A stretch of 64,000 nt of DNA, taken from positions 1 to 64,000 of the IMG/VR virus record IMGVR_UViG_3300027969_000060. The stretch is one strand, 5' to 3'. The notes under the pieces are model-generated. The model saw only the letters and a program-made list of their open reading frames with translations. It was not told where the DNA came from and did not search any database. Shown in pieces: positions 49,501 to 58,280 of the stretch. The first letter of the stretch is position 1; each line of letters begins with the position of its first letter. Both the position numbers and the translations under genes were made by a program. The DNA is from a virus.

Positions 49501-52434
49501 GCTACCTAAAATTCTAACTTCATATACTCCACCATCGCGGAACTCGTCACCGACTGCAATTGCGCCGGTTCCTGATCCGCCAAACGCATAAGTTACACCA
49601 GTATATTCTTGCCCAGCATTAGAATATTCAAATTTTAAAATTTTGTTAGTTGCTTCACCAATAAACGCGGCAGCAATCTGAGCTTGTTGATTTCTGTTAT
49701 TTACAGTTGCAGTGATTGGACTTTCTGTTGTATCATATCCTTCGGCAACGCAACCAAAATTTCCATAAGATGTGTTACCGTTAGTAGCACGAATACGTCC
49801 GCCGTCTTCTGCTAGGTAACCGCAATGGCCGTAATATGAGAACACTGATACTAATTCTGTTAATGATCCTGTTCCAGTACACCAAGCACCAATTCCAGCA
49901 GATAAAATTGTTGTAAAGTCGTTAGCAACAATAGATTTATTACCACCGTTGTGTAATGTTCCATCAATCTTTACGCCAACACATCCTTGTCCAAACATTG
50001 ATACGTTTTGGGCATAAGGAGATTTTGTAGTAATTTGCACTGATGTATCATTTGGGCCAGTGCCTGGATCCAGTGATACGTAAGCTCCCGCTGTTGGGCG
50101 TCTTGTTCCGTAACTATTAGGGCTACCTAATCCGCCAAGTAAACCAGTTAAGGTCATGTTTCGAATACCAGTTGCATTTGCAACTAAGAACATATTTTTA
50201 ATTGCATCTCCGCCATACACATTAACTGTTTGACTAGTTGACTCAGATAAACTAACTGCGGCTGTACCGCCGTTAATGTTAGAAATTTTAAAACTTGTTG
50301 GAGTTATAGTTGAACCAATAACATAGTATGTTTGGCCAATTGTTAGTCCAGCAAATCCACCTGCTATAACAGCCATTGCTCCTTGAGCATCGGTTACTGC
50401 AAACGTCGGGCCGTTATAACTTGCACTAATTGTAATAGTTTGTGTTGCCGAGTCGTATGTTTTAATATAATATACTTGGCCTGAAACCAGCCCACCAAGA
50501 CTTGCACCGTTAAACACAATAGTTTCATTTACATATAAATTAGCAACATACGCTAACGTAATTTTATTAGTTGAGGCAACTGTGGCAAGAGCTGTAGTAA
50601 TTAATGTTTCAACTACAAACTGAATAGGATCGTTTGCTGATATACCAACAGTAGTGTTTAATGTAATTATTCCTGTTGCGCTACTTGATGCAGTAGCAAT
50701 ACAGTTAATAATTTTTGCTGGTTGGATTACTGTTCCGCGAAGTTCATCGCCTACTAGAGCAACACCTGCTGGTACCCTGATTGGCAATGTTTCACCGTAT
50801 GTACCAGTTTTAATAAAAATTGTGGCAGGTCCAGCAACTTGACTACACGCATATTTTACAGTTTTCCACGGAGTAGATATTGTTGTACCGTATGATGCAG
50901 TGTCAACTCCGGTAGGTGACACGTAATAGACCTTTCCAATAATTCCCCAATTATCCCATGACGGGATCGGCAGGTAATTGTTAGTACTGAGTGTTCTAGT
51001 CTTTAATAAATTTCCTTCACCACCAATAGGAGTTGCGGTCCACTGACTGTTGTTATAGGTTTGAATATCACCTTGATATTGTAATGTTTCAAACTGATCA
51101 CCTCGAACATATATAACCCAATATATGTTTGTGGTATCTTGTGCTGGAGCTAATATTGCACCAGAAGTATGTTTAACAAGACAAATATAAGAAGTTGAAT
51201 AATAAGTAACAACGTCGCCGACTACATATACTTGATCTGCGGCCCAGCCGCCGCGCCAGTACATACCTGGATTTACTAATTCCCATTTACTAGTATCTGT
51301 AGGTTCAATACTTACGCTATCCATGATCGCAACATACAAATATCCATCTCTTCGAATAAGGTCGCCAGTGCGATAATTACCAACCGAGGTCCAATCGCCC
51401 ATTATGTTGTAATTTTTAACTACTAGTGTCCAACTGATTAGGTCGGTTGACGGAATATTATTAATATTATTTTGAACATTGCTTGTATACTGATATCCAC
51501 CATATGTAACAACATCGCCTTTATCGTAAGCTATTGAATTTAACCATGCATTTGCAAATTCTAAGCCTGGAACCCAAATTTTAAAACTTGCTGTATCAAA
51601 AGTACTAGTCGATTGGTGTGCAACAATACAGATATATAAATCTGGTCCTTGTTTTACTACATCGTTCAACTTGTATCGTGTCAGTGCCTGCCACGTAAAT
51701 TTGTAATCTATTCCAGTGTGTACAATTTCCCATTTTAAAATGTCAGGATCTATACCAACAGTTGCAGTTGCTCCGCTAATGTGTGCATCAGTACACTTAT
51801 AAATAATCCCGCCGTATCGAACTACATCACTTAGTTTGTAACGAGTCAAAGGAGCCCAGTCAGTCTTCCAATCATTGGCATACAGGACTGCATCCCAGTA
51901 TGCTTGATGAGATTCAAGGCCGCCTGGGAACGATGTAGTAGATGAACTAGTATGACCAAAATTACATCTATAAATTGTTCCGCCGTATCGAACTAGATCG
52001 TTTAATCGATAACGAGTATTAATGGTCCATGCTTTGAGCCAGTCGTCTGTGACTGCATAACGTGCCCACTTGCTTTGGTCTACTTCAAGTCCGCTGGCAA
52101 TAGTTGTTGCTGAGGTATGGCTAGTAATACAAATATAGACAATGCTGTTATATCGAATATAATCACCAAGGTTATATAGTGTATTAGTTGACCAAGTGTT
52201 CCTCCACTCGTAGCCGTCTAACCATAATTGCCATTTTGGCGCGGCCTCGTCTGGCGTTGTAGAAACATCAATATAATTTAAATCGGTATTAAAATCTGCA
52301 GACGAAGTATGCCCAACTAGACATACGTATGATTTACCACGGTAACGAACAATATCGTCTTTGGTATATGCCGTGTTGGTTACCCATGTATCTTTCCATG
52401 TAAATCTAATTCGGTTTATCTTAAAATCTGCCAT
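46513..52434 (-). CDS. Giant virion fibre/spike protein (1973 aa), paralogue of the 2894-aa protein
   Basis: Same N-terminus (MADFKINRIRFTWK), CBM-like repeats, beta-helix, propeller-like repeats and [19 protein letters not shown]-terminus; lacks the CxRD modules. Confidence 0.75.
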   Translation of the reverse strand: MADFKINRIRFTWKDTWVTNTAYTKDDIVRYRGKSYVCLVGHTSSADFNTDLNYIDVSTTPDEAAPKWQLWLDGYEWRNTWSTNTLYNLGDYIRYNSIVYICITSHTSATTIASGLEVDQSKWARYAVTDDWLKAWTINTRYRLNDLVRYGGTIYRCNFGHTSSSTTSFPGGLESHQAYWDAVLYANDWKTDWAPLTRYKLSDVVRYGGIIYKCTDAHISGATATVGIDPDILKWEIVHTGIDYKFTWQALTRYKLNDVVKQGPDLYICIVAHQSTSTFDTASFKIWVPGLEFANAWLNSIAYDKGDVVTYGGYQYTSNVQNNINNIPSTDLISWTLVVKNYNIMGDWTSVGNYRTGDLIRRDGYLYVAIMDSVSIEPTDTSKWELVNPGMYWRGGWAADQVYVVGDVVTYYSTSYICLVKHTSGAILAPAQDTTNIYWVIYVRGDQFETLQYQGDIQTYNNSQWTATPIGGEGNLLKTRTLSTNNYLPIPSWDNWGIIGKVYYVSPTGVDTASYGTTISTPWKTVKYACSQVAGPATIFIKTGTYGETLPIRVPAGVALVGDELRGTVIQPAKIINCIATASSSATGIITLNTTVGISANDPIQFVVETLITTALATVASTNKITLAYVANLYVNETIVFNGASLGGLVSGQVYYIKTYDSATQTITISASYNGPTFAVTDAQGAMAVIAGGFAGLTIGQTYYVIGSTITPTSFKISNINGGTAAVSLSESTSQTVNVYGGDAIKNMFLVANATGIRNMTLTGLLGGLGSPNSYGTRRPTAGAYVSLDPGTGPNDTSVQITTKSPYAQNVSMFGQGCVGVKIDGTLHNGGNKSIVANDFTTILSAGIGAWCTGTGSLTELVSVFSYYGHCGYLAEDGGRIRATNGNTSYGNFGCVAEGYDTTESPITATVNNRNQQAQIAAAFIGEATNKILKFEYSNAGQEYTGVTYAFGGSGTGAIAVGDEFRDGGVYEVRILGSDFAAGGLGYITAVNQAQAGNTQTITIASNDQNTFATYYGMRLIVTSGTGVGQYGYIAGYDAVGKIATIANESVTQQTSSSTSAIDNTINVPTTAGFTPGSAIVFVPTQQNTTAFQTIRTIATMTTAYIAGNTLYVVSMGAGAVAVGMTLTGAGVTSGTYITANNAGTGSGSTWQISVAQVVGSQAVPITITGTNNLITLTSSAGMVIGEQIVFSGTTFGGIVSGATYYIINAIIGNQITISDTYQGPVKTLTNGSGQMATVAGGMLGGLTAGQIYYVIATNYSATKFSISTSFGGTIQSVTTQTYGTKMDVHAVGWQNIVSGTPAVALLDSTSVYSIEPCVRFSQPSYSSSAVTLPTTGWVSVTYGNGKYIAMTSTGATANSLNGTAWTTGTALPTGTYAKLKFVGGFFYAITSNSSSIAYSIDGTSWTSGNTTLGGGHADIAWGNNNYIALQTTSSAVASSSINGSTWSAVTLPTTASWKSIAYSNIGVWVAIAGSSNIATYSLDNGTTWLTTYSTDGGITQTNVQLPTSSNWISVIWGNGRFVAISTGGSAAAYSFDGKLWTASTMPVTASWQQITYGQGTFIVVGNGTSTALSSPDGIVWTQRTLSSSGSWASVAFGNTNSTPLFSVVSSSASGLAVACGAQAFGRATVASNKISAIKLLEPGSGYISATLGVTDPNPTSFVTTLARIGNKVLGNPTFVNRGTGYRTSTTVITVQSGDGYADIYQPSKFLTVSNLGFLPTPGAALTINGNPNQYRIVLITDLGANKAQFQISPPLTILLAPEHNTSINIRQKYSQCRITGHDFLLIGTGNKETTNYPNVDVNTALPYQQIAENNGGRVFQTSTDQDGNFKVGNLFAVQQASGIVTISADQLSLTGLQTLSLGGFQLGTNSVVITQFSTDSYFTANSDSIVPTQRAIKAYIARNIAGGGANAQAGAIVAGTFGVGGPNRIYSSTQQQLFVRNSMRMTKGINGTMLAKSFFAHGFSVGGSDAGK

Positions 52435-52465
52435 TATCTACCTCAATATTTTTAATTTTGTATAT

Positions 52466-52825
52466 TTATACGCCGCTTGGGTACTGGTATTTTGTATCTA
52501 CTCTTACAACTAGTTGTCCGTCATCATCAATATAATAATACAAATTTCTGTTGTCCCAACGCATTTGTTCAAAATTTAAATTTTCAAAAACTAGCTCGTG
52601 TATTGCATCGCGGCCCTCAAAGAAATCTACACCTACTTCAAAATCTGGATAGTTGCCGTCTGCTGTTCCGTCGTTGTTAATCTGAATACTGTCTTCTCTA
52701 CTAAGTTGATTAACTCGTGTAAAATACAATACTCCGTCATCTGTTCTGCGTAGGGCATAAAAGTACTTGGGAGTATCTCCCAATACATCTTCTTGTGACC
52801 TGCCAAATTGATAATTGCTTGCCAT
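52466..52825 (-). CDS. Hypothetical protein (119 aa) in the structural operon
   Basis: GGAG RBS; packed in the operon; aromatic- and acid-rich. Confidence 0.7.
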   Translation of the reverse strand: MASNYQFGRSQEDVLGDTPKYFYALRRTDDGVLYFTRVNQLSREDSIQINNDGTADGNYPDFEVGVDFFEGRDAIHELVFENLNFEQMRWDNRNLYYYIDDDGQLVVRVDTKYQYPSGV

Positions 52826-52836
52826 AATAAATCTCC

Positions 52837-53166
52837 TTAAACAATCTCGGCGTAACTAGCAATTAGATCAATGCTATTTGCCGTATCGCTTACTATTGTC
52901 ATTGTTGTACTTTCTGCTAGAATAATCTTTTCACCATTTGTTACTATCTTTGCACTAGTATACGGATCTATTACTAGTCCTTTGATATAGTACCCGGTTA
53001 CTGCGGTTGAATCAGTTATAGTGATGTCAACTATCACAACTTCGTCTGTAGTGTTTGCTAGATTGCAACCGATCAATGTAAATCTGTTGCCGGGACTAGT
53101 TTCTAATACATCAACAGGTGTTGTACCGATGTTCTTTGCTACTTTTGTTCTAAAGAATGATGCCAT
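52837..53166 (-). CDS. ~106-aa small structural protein, family copy B
   Basis: LIGCNLAN...GEKIILA; similar to copies A and C. Confidence 0.65.
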   Translation of the reverse strand: MASFFRTKVAKNIGTTPVDVLETSPGNRFTLIGCNLANTTDEVVIVDITITDSTAVTGYYIKGLVIDPYTSAKIVTNGEKIILAESTTMTIVSDTANSIDLIASYAEIV

Positions 53167-53172
53167 AATTTT

Positions 53173-56100
53173 TTATCCAAATATGAGCGCGGAAGCAATA
53201 CCAATCTCTGTTGCTTCTAAACTCGTTACGCCGCCGGATGCACCTGCAACACTTGACCAAGTTACTCCGTTAAATACTTCTACTAAGTTGTCGTATGTAT
53301 TAAATCGAATCATTCCAATTTCAGGAACTGCAGGCCGATCATTTAATACATCACCGCTTGGAATAACTACACCATTAGAGCCCGCAATCCGTACATACCC
53401 TGTTCCTGTTTCGGAAAATTCTGTAATTGCTCCGCTTACAATATTAGTAATTGTATTGTTAAAAATCTTTAAGTTACCTAAGCGAACCCCGCCGGTACCT
53501 GTTGTTGTTAAATTAAGATTGCTATCTGCTAATACAGGTGTAATAGTATTGCTATATAAATCTAAATTAACTGTTTGAAAACGCTGGGTAAACAATTTTG
53601 TACTGTCTATTGTTGCTGTTAAGTTACCGTCAGCATAAAAATAAAGTGTATTGTCGTTTGCGCCAGGGGTTGCTTCTGCAATAATCTTGGTATTACCATC
53701 AACGTCTTGCAGGCCGCCTAATTTTACCCAATAACCATTATTATATCCTTCATACCTAGTTAGGTCTGAGTTATAACGAATCATACCGTTTGACGGAGTT
53801 CCTGGTTGTTGAGCAGTTGTTCCAACTGGAACTTGAATACTTTGATTACTATTAATTATTACACCGCCGGTGCCTTGTGGTACTAATGTAATATTTGAGT
53901 CTGTAACAATGCTTTGTATATTGTTGTCGCTAAACTTAATGCCTTCTAATACAACATTGCCGATGCCATTGGCCCTTAATTCTAAATCTAAATCTGTCAC
54001 AGTTGTAGAAATTACATTATTCTCAAGTCTAATTTGCGATAATTGCAAATATGTTGAGCCGGTAATATTACCAGTAACTTGCGTATTACCGCTAGTAACA
54101 AAATTACCAGTTTGATTAATGTTACCAGTCTGCGTAATGTTGCCTGTAACTGTTGTATTTTTTAGATATGTAGTACCGCTAGTTACTGTAAGATTTTGAG
54201 TTACTGTTAAGTTTTGATCAATTTGTACATTGTTGCTTGGAATATAAATTCTTCCTGCACCTGCGGCAGTTAGTGTTAAATCATCATTTCCAATAGATGT
54301 ACTAATTTGATTAGAATCAATAATTACGCCGTCAATTTCAGCACGACTTAAGAACGCTGTATTCCACCGTAATAAACTTGTGCCTAAATCATAGAACGCT
54401 GTCAGTGACGGAATTAAACTACTGTCAATGCTAGCAACAAAATTAATAGTGTCAGTACTTTGATCACCAATAGTAATATTTCCGCCAATGGTAATATCGC
54501 CTGTAACATCTAAGTTACCTGTAACAAACGTATTGTTTTGTAAATTAATTACACCGTTGGCAGCAGTAACATCAATTTGCCCTGTGGTAGAATCAATGTT
54601 ATTATCGTGTATTCTGATATTACCAGTAGTAATATCAGTTGAAGTAATAGTTGTAGTATGTGTACCGTCAGTGAATGTAACACCGGTTAAACTAGTAACA
54701 GTTAAGTTTTGATTGTTAAATAAAACTTCGCCAGTTTTTTGATTAATATAAAAATTGTCACCAACTTTGAAGTTTCCTTCATTGTCAACACTAGTATAAT
54801 AAATCTTTGCATCGTTTAATTCTACTACTTCATTAGCGGCAATACGATCGTTAGGATCGTTTGTTGATAGTTTTCCAGCACCTATGTATGCAAAGTTTTG
54901 TGAAATTAAGTAAGCAATAACACCGGGGCCGTCCCCGTACACCCCATAATTACCATAGACACTGGCTGATGCAATTGAACGAATCTCAGCACCGAAGTCT
55001 GAGTAGTCGGCAAAGTCAATTAATGTTGCGGTGCCACCGGCACTAGTTCTTAAGTCTTGGAATGTAATGCCATCGTCTAAAATAGTTGTAGAATTATTGT
55101 TACCGTTAAAATGTAATAATAATACTGTTCCTAAATCGCCTGTCAATGCTGTAGTGGGCGCAGTAAACGTTGTCGTATATCTTGCTACACCTTTACTAAT
55201 TTTTACATCGTCAATATAACCAGTGAATCCGTATGCTCCGCTGTAGTCAGCACCAATGCGTAATGGTTTGGTTGTTCCGTAGTCAGTTATGTCGGCCCAA
55301 GAAGAACCCGACTGTGTGCCATTTAAATATATTTTTGTTGAGGCGTTTCTTCTAACTAATGCTACGTGTGTCCAGGTTGACAACGATACTGTTGCGGCTG
55401 TGGTGATAGTTATAACGCCGTTTACATACAAGTACAGTTGATTGCTAGTATTGATAGCTAGATAAATTGATTTTTCAATAGCGGCTGATCTAAAATCAAA
55501 TAGTGTTCGATATGTTCCGGCTGCTGTAGGATAAATCCACCCCTCAATAGTAAAGTCAGTTGCTGTTCCGTAGGAAGCGTCGTCAACAATGGTTGAATTT
55601 CCGTTGACTAATAATTTAGTATTAAAGTCGTCAACAAATGCTGTAGTAGTAGGAGTAAATGTTGCGGTATATCTTGCGGTATTGCTTACTCTAAAGTCAT
55701 CAATATAACCATTAAATGCTGTTGTTCCGTTGTATTGAGCACCGACTACTAAGGGCTTTGTAGTTCCATAGTTAGTTGTATCAGTATAGGTAGCGGTAGA
55801 TACCACACCATTTATAAAGAATCTTGTCACTCCACTAGCACGAGAGATAGCAACGTGATTCCAAGCATTATTAGTATGAGCATTACTACTTGTTAATACA
55901 AATGCGCCATTTACAAATAATCTTAAAGAGCCTGAACCGTTAGACTGAACAACAACGGAGTTTTCAGTTAGGGTTGTTCTTGTATCAAACAAATATTGTG
56001 TAGATACTGCTGTTTTATAGAACCAGCCTTCAATAGTAAAGTCCCCAGTTCCAAATCCATAATCTGTATCTGTAGCAAGACTAAGATAGTCACCTGTACC

Positions 56101-58125
56101 GTCAAACGCAATACTACTGCCGCCAAACTTGCTTTGTGTTGCGCTGACTGCGGCGTTGCCGTTGACTGTAATTGTCTTAGGTAGTCTTGATATAGTTGAC
56201 GGAAAAGCAAAGTCTGGTTGGGTTGCTATACTAGCATAATCGCCTGTGCCGTCTAGTGCCAAACTTGCCGTGCCAAATTTCTTAACTGCTGTGGAAAGTT
56301 TAGCGTTGCCTTGAGCGTATACTGTTTTTCCTGCACGGTCTGTAATTGTTTCAAATCCTAGTTGTCTGCCAGTAAGATTTACATAATTCCCGTCAATACT
56401 TGAAATAACACCGCTAGCTAACAGTGTTGAGCCGTTAGTATCATAGTAACTTACAGTATTTCCTACTGCCCAAGTACCCACTCTTGTATTAATTCTTAAG
56501 TGTGTTTTACCTTGTTGTGCAAAACCATAATTATTTGATGATGCATACATACCGCGAGTTGCAAAGTATGTAAACGAGTTTAACCACTCAACTCGAACGC
56601 CGTTAGTTGCGGTGATAGTATCAACACCCGGAGTAATAAACGTTGCGTTATGAAACAGCATACTTGCTTCTTTGCTTAGTACATTTGCGTATGCCCCGTC
56701 AATATATGCGCCTTTACCTGCGTTACCTGCGTTAAATCCCAATGGGTCACTTAGGCTAGTTACTGAACCTTTTGTAATAACCGATACGTTTCGAATATAT
56801 GGACTACGACTACTTACAGTTAATCCGCTAGCAAAACGGAAAGCGTATCCGTTATCTGGAAATACTCGTGTGCTACCATTACAACTAAATGTTAAGTTTG
56901 ATAAGAAGATAGTACCGGTAGCTGTGCCGCCAGCATGAGTAACAGTTGTTATTCCTGTTAAGTAATTATAAGTTGCTGTAATAACAGCATAGTCAGTGCC
57001 GTTAACGTTAACTGTGCCGCCACTAGTATAAGTATGTGCAAACGGTGATGTTCCAGCATTAAATGTTACGGATCCGCTAGATGCACTAGTAACTGTAAAA
57101 TAATTTCCGTTGCTAAAGAAATCAGCAACAGTTAAATCTTCAATTGTAGTTTCGCCGTTTAATACAAATGCATCATTGTATTGAGTTGCAACCGTTGGGA
57201 CAATTTTAACTGCTCGAATACCAGCGCCTCGAACAGATATACCTACATTAACTATTAGAGGAAATTCTTCAGTATAAATTCCTGGATAGATGTAAACTAC
57301 ATCACCGGAAGAAGCTAATGATAAAGCATGTTTAATTGTGAGTACAGGGTTATTTTCATGTAGTCCTGCATTGCTATCATTTCCTGCCTCTGCAACATAA
57401 ATGATATTTCCTTGAGGTAATGCTAAATCAATACCATTAACAGTAATGCTATTTGAATTAAAATTAGTTGCTTGTATGTCGTGTATGTAGGCTGTTTTCC
57501 ATGCTTGGGTAACACTACCTAAATCCCATTTAGGATCACCAATTGCATGACTTCCCGGGACTCCGGGATCACCAGCTTGCCATACTTCTGGAATTACATT
57601 ACTATTAATATCTGCATTAAAAATAACGTTGTCGTTATTAGCACTTCCAATAGTAATATCGCCATCGGCTGTAATATTTCCAGTAGCGTGTAAATTTCCG
57701 TTAACAAGCATATCGCTGTTAACATTAACTTGTCCGGTACCTGAAGTATTAAATTCTAAGTCAGCGTCAGCATCAGTAGTTGATATTGCGTTAGTAGTAA
57801 CTTGTAAATTGTCATTAACAAGTAATTTACCTTGATAAACTACTGGATTAGAACCACTAGGTTCTAAATTAATTGTTCCGTTAGAACTAGCAATTGTATC
57901 GCCGCTAATTGTAAATGTAGCAATGTCTGCTTGATTGTCTACTATTAAATTTGTAGTACGAGTTGTTCCGTTAACTTCTAGGTCGTGCCCGGGTGTTGCA
58001 GTATTAATACCAATACGGCCATTAACAACATCTAGATAAAGTAAGTTCGTCTCAAAAGCAAGATTCACACCTTCTCGAAGAAGGTTTGCCTTTAAGAGCG
58101 GACCCGTAATGCGACCAACAGCCAT
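53173..58125 (-). CDS. Virion fibre protein (1650 aa) with a beta-helix and two LamG/concanavalin-A-like domains
   Basis: IIYVAEAGND...TIKHAL beta-helix start; two DFTIEGW...WxHVA...GYIDD...ARY lectin-like domains; GMIRYN and GMIRFN repeats. Confidence 0.78.
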   Translation of the reverse strand: MAVGRITGPLLKANLLREGVNLAFETNLLYLDVVNGRIGINTATPGHDLEVNGTTRTTNLIVDNQADIATFTISGDTIASSNGTINLEPSGSNPVVYQGKLLVNDNLQVTTNAISTTDADADLEFNTSGTGQVNVNSDMLVNGNLHATGNITADGDITIGSANNDNVIFNADINSNVIPEVWQAGDPGVPGSHAIGDPKWDLGSVTQAWKTAYIHDIQATNFNSNSITVNGIDLALPQGNIIYVAEAGNDSNAGLHENNPVLTIKHALSLASSGDVVYIYPGIYTEEFPLIVNVGISVRGAGIRAVKIVPTVATQYNDAFVLNGETTIEDLTVADFFSNGNYFTVTSASSGSVTFNAGTSPFAHTYTSGGTVNVNGTDYAVITATYNYLTGITTVTHAGGTATGTIFLSNLTFSCNGSTRVFPDNGYAFRFASGLTVSSRSPYIRNVSVITKGSVTSLSDPLGFNAGNAGKGAYIDGAYANVLSKEASMLFHNATFITPGVDTITATNGVRVEWLNSFTYFATRGMYASSNNYGFAQQGKTHLRINTRVGTWAVGNTVSYYDTNGSTLLASGVISSIDGNYVNLTGRQLGFETITDRAGKTVYAQGNAKLSTAVKKFGTASLALDGTGDYASIATQPDFAFPSTISRLPKTITVNGNAAVSATQSKFGGSSIAFDGTGDYLSLATDTDYGFGTGDFTIEGWFYKTAVSTQYLFDTRTTLTENSVVVQSNGSGSLRLFVNGAFVLTSSNAHTNNAWNHVAISRASGVTRFFINGVVSTATYTDTTNYGTTKPLVVGAQYNGTTAFNGYIDDFRVSNTARYTATFTPTTTAFVDDFNTKLLVNGNSTIVDDASYGTATDFTIEGWIYPTAAGTYRTLFDFRSAAIEKSIYLAINTSNQLYLYVNGVITITTAATVSLSTWTHVALVRRNASTKIYLNGTQSGSSWADITDYGTTKPLRIGADYSGAYGFTGYIDDVKISKGVARYTTTFTAPTTALTGDLGTVLLLHFNGNNNSTTILDDGITFQDLRTSAGGTATLIDFADYSDFGAEIRSIASASVYGNYGVYGDGPGVIAYLISQNFAYIGAGKLSTNDPNDRIAANEVVELNDAKIYYTSVDNEGNFKVGDNFYINQKTGEVLFNNQNLTVTSLTGVTFTDGTHTTTITSTDITTGNIRIHDNNIDSTTGQIDVTAANGVINLQNNTFVTGNLDVTGDITIGGNITIGDQSTDTINFVASIDSSLIPSLTAFYDLGTSLLRWNTAFLSRAEIDGVIIDSNQISTSIGNDDLTLTAAGAGRIYIPSNNVQIDQNLTVTQNLTVTSGTTYLKNTTVTGNITQTGNINQTGNFVTSGNTQVTGNITGSTYLQLSQIRLENNVISTTVTDLDLELRANGIGNVVLEGIKFSDNNIQSIVTDSNITLVPQGTGGVIINSNQSIQVPVGTTAQQPGTPSNGMIRYNSDLTRYEGYNNGYWVKLGGLQDVDGNTKIIAEATPGANDNTLYFYADGNLTATIDSTKLFTQRFQTVNLDLYSNTITPVLADSNLNLTTTGTGGVRLGNLKIFNNTITNIVSGAITEFSETGTGYVRIAGSNGVVIPSGDVLNDRPAVPEIGMIRFNTYDNLVEVFNGVTWSSVAGASGGVTSLEATEIGIASALIFG

Positions 58126-58260
58126 GAGCTCTCCTCGTACCCCGTGTTACACGGTTAACCACCTTTGAGCTTGCGCTCGCATCCTAAATTTTACTTAGGC
58201 TCTTTGCGGGTTTACCACAGTCGAATATCGTAAAAACTTGGTCAGTTCTTACAGTAATAG
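58126..58260 (-). ncRNA. Candidate structured cis-regulatory RNA leader
   Basis: Four hairpins, one with a GCAA tetraloop, between the TAAATA motif (58261-58266) and the GAGGAG RBS. This is the longest intergenic region in the window. Confidence 0.55.
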
Positions 58261-58280
58261 TATTTATCGGATTGGGCTTT

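Noticed and set aside
58126-58260. tRNA, c-di-GMP-I riboswitch or known self-cleaving ribozyme
   Set aside because: There is no cloverleaf; TTCGA lies upstream of the D-loop-like TGGTAAAC. GGTAAAC/CGCAAAG/CCTAAG recall the GEMM motif, but the GNRA-capped stem between them is missing. No hammerhead, twister or pistol core was recognised.
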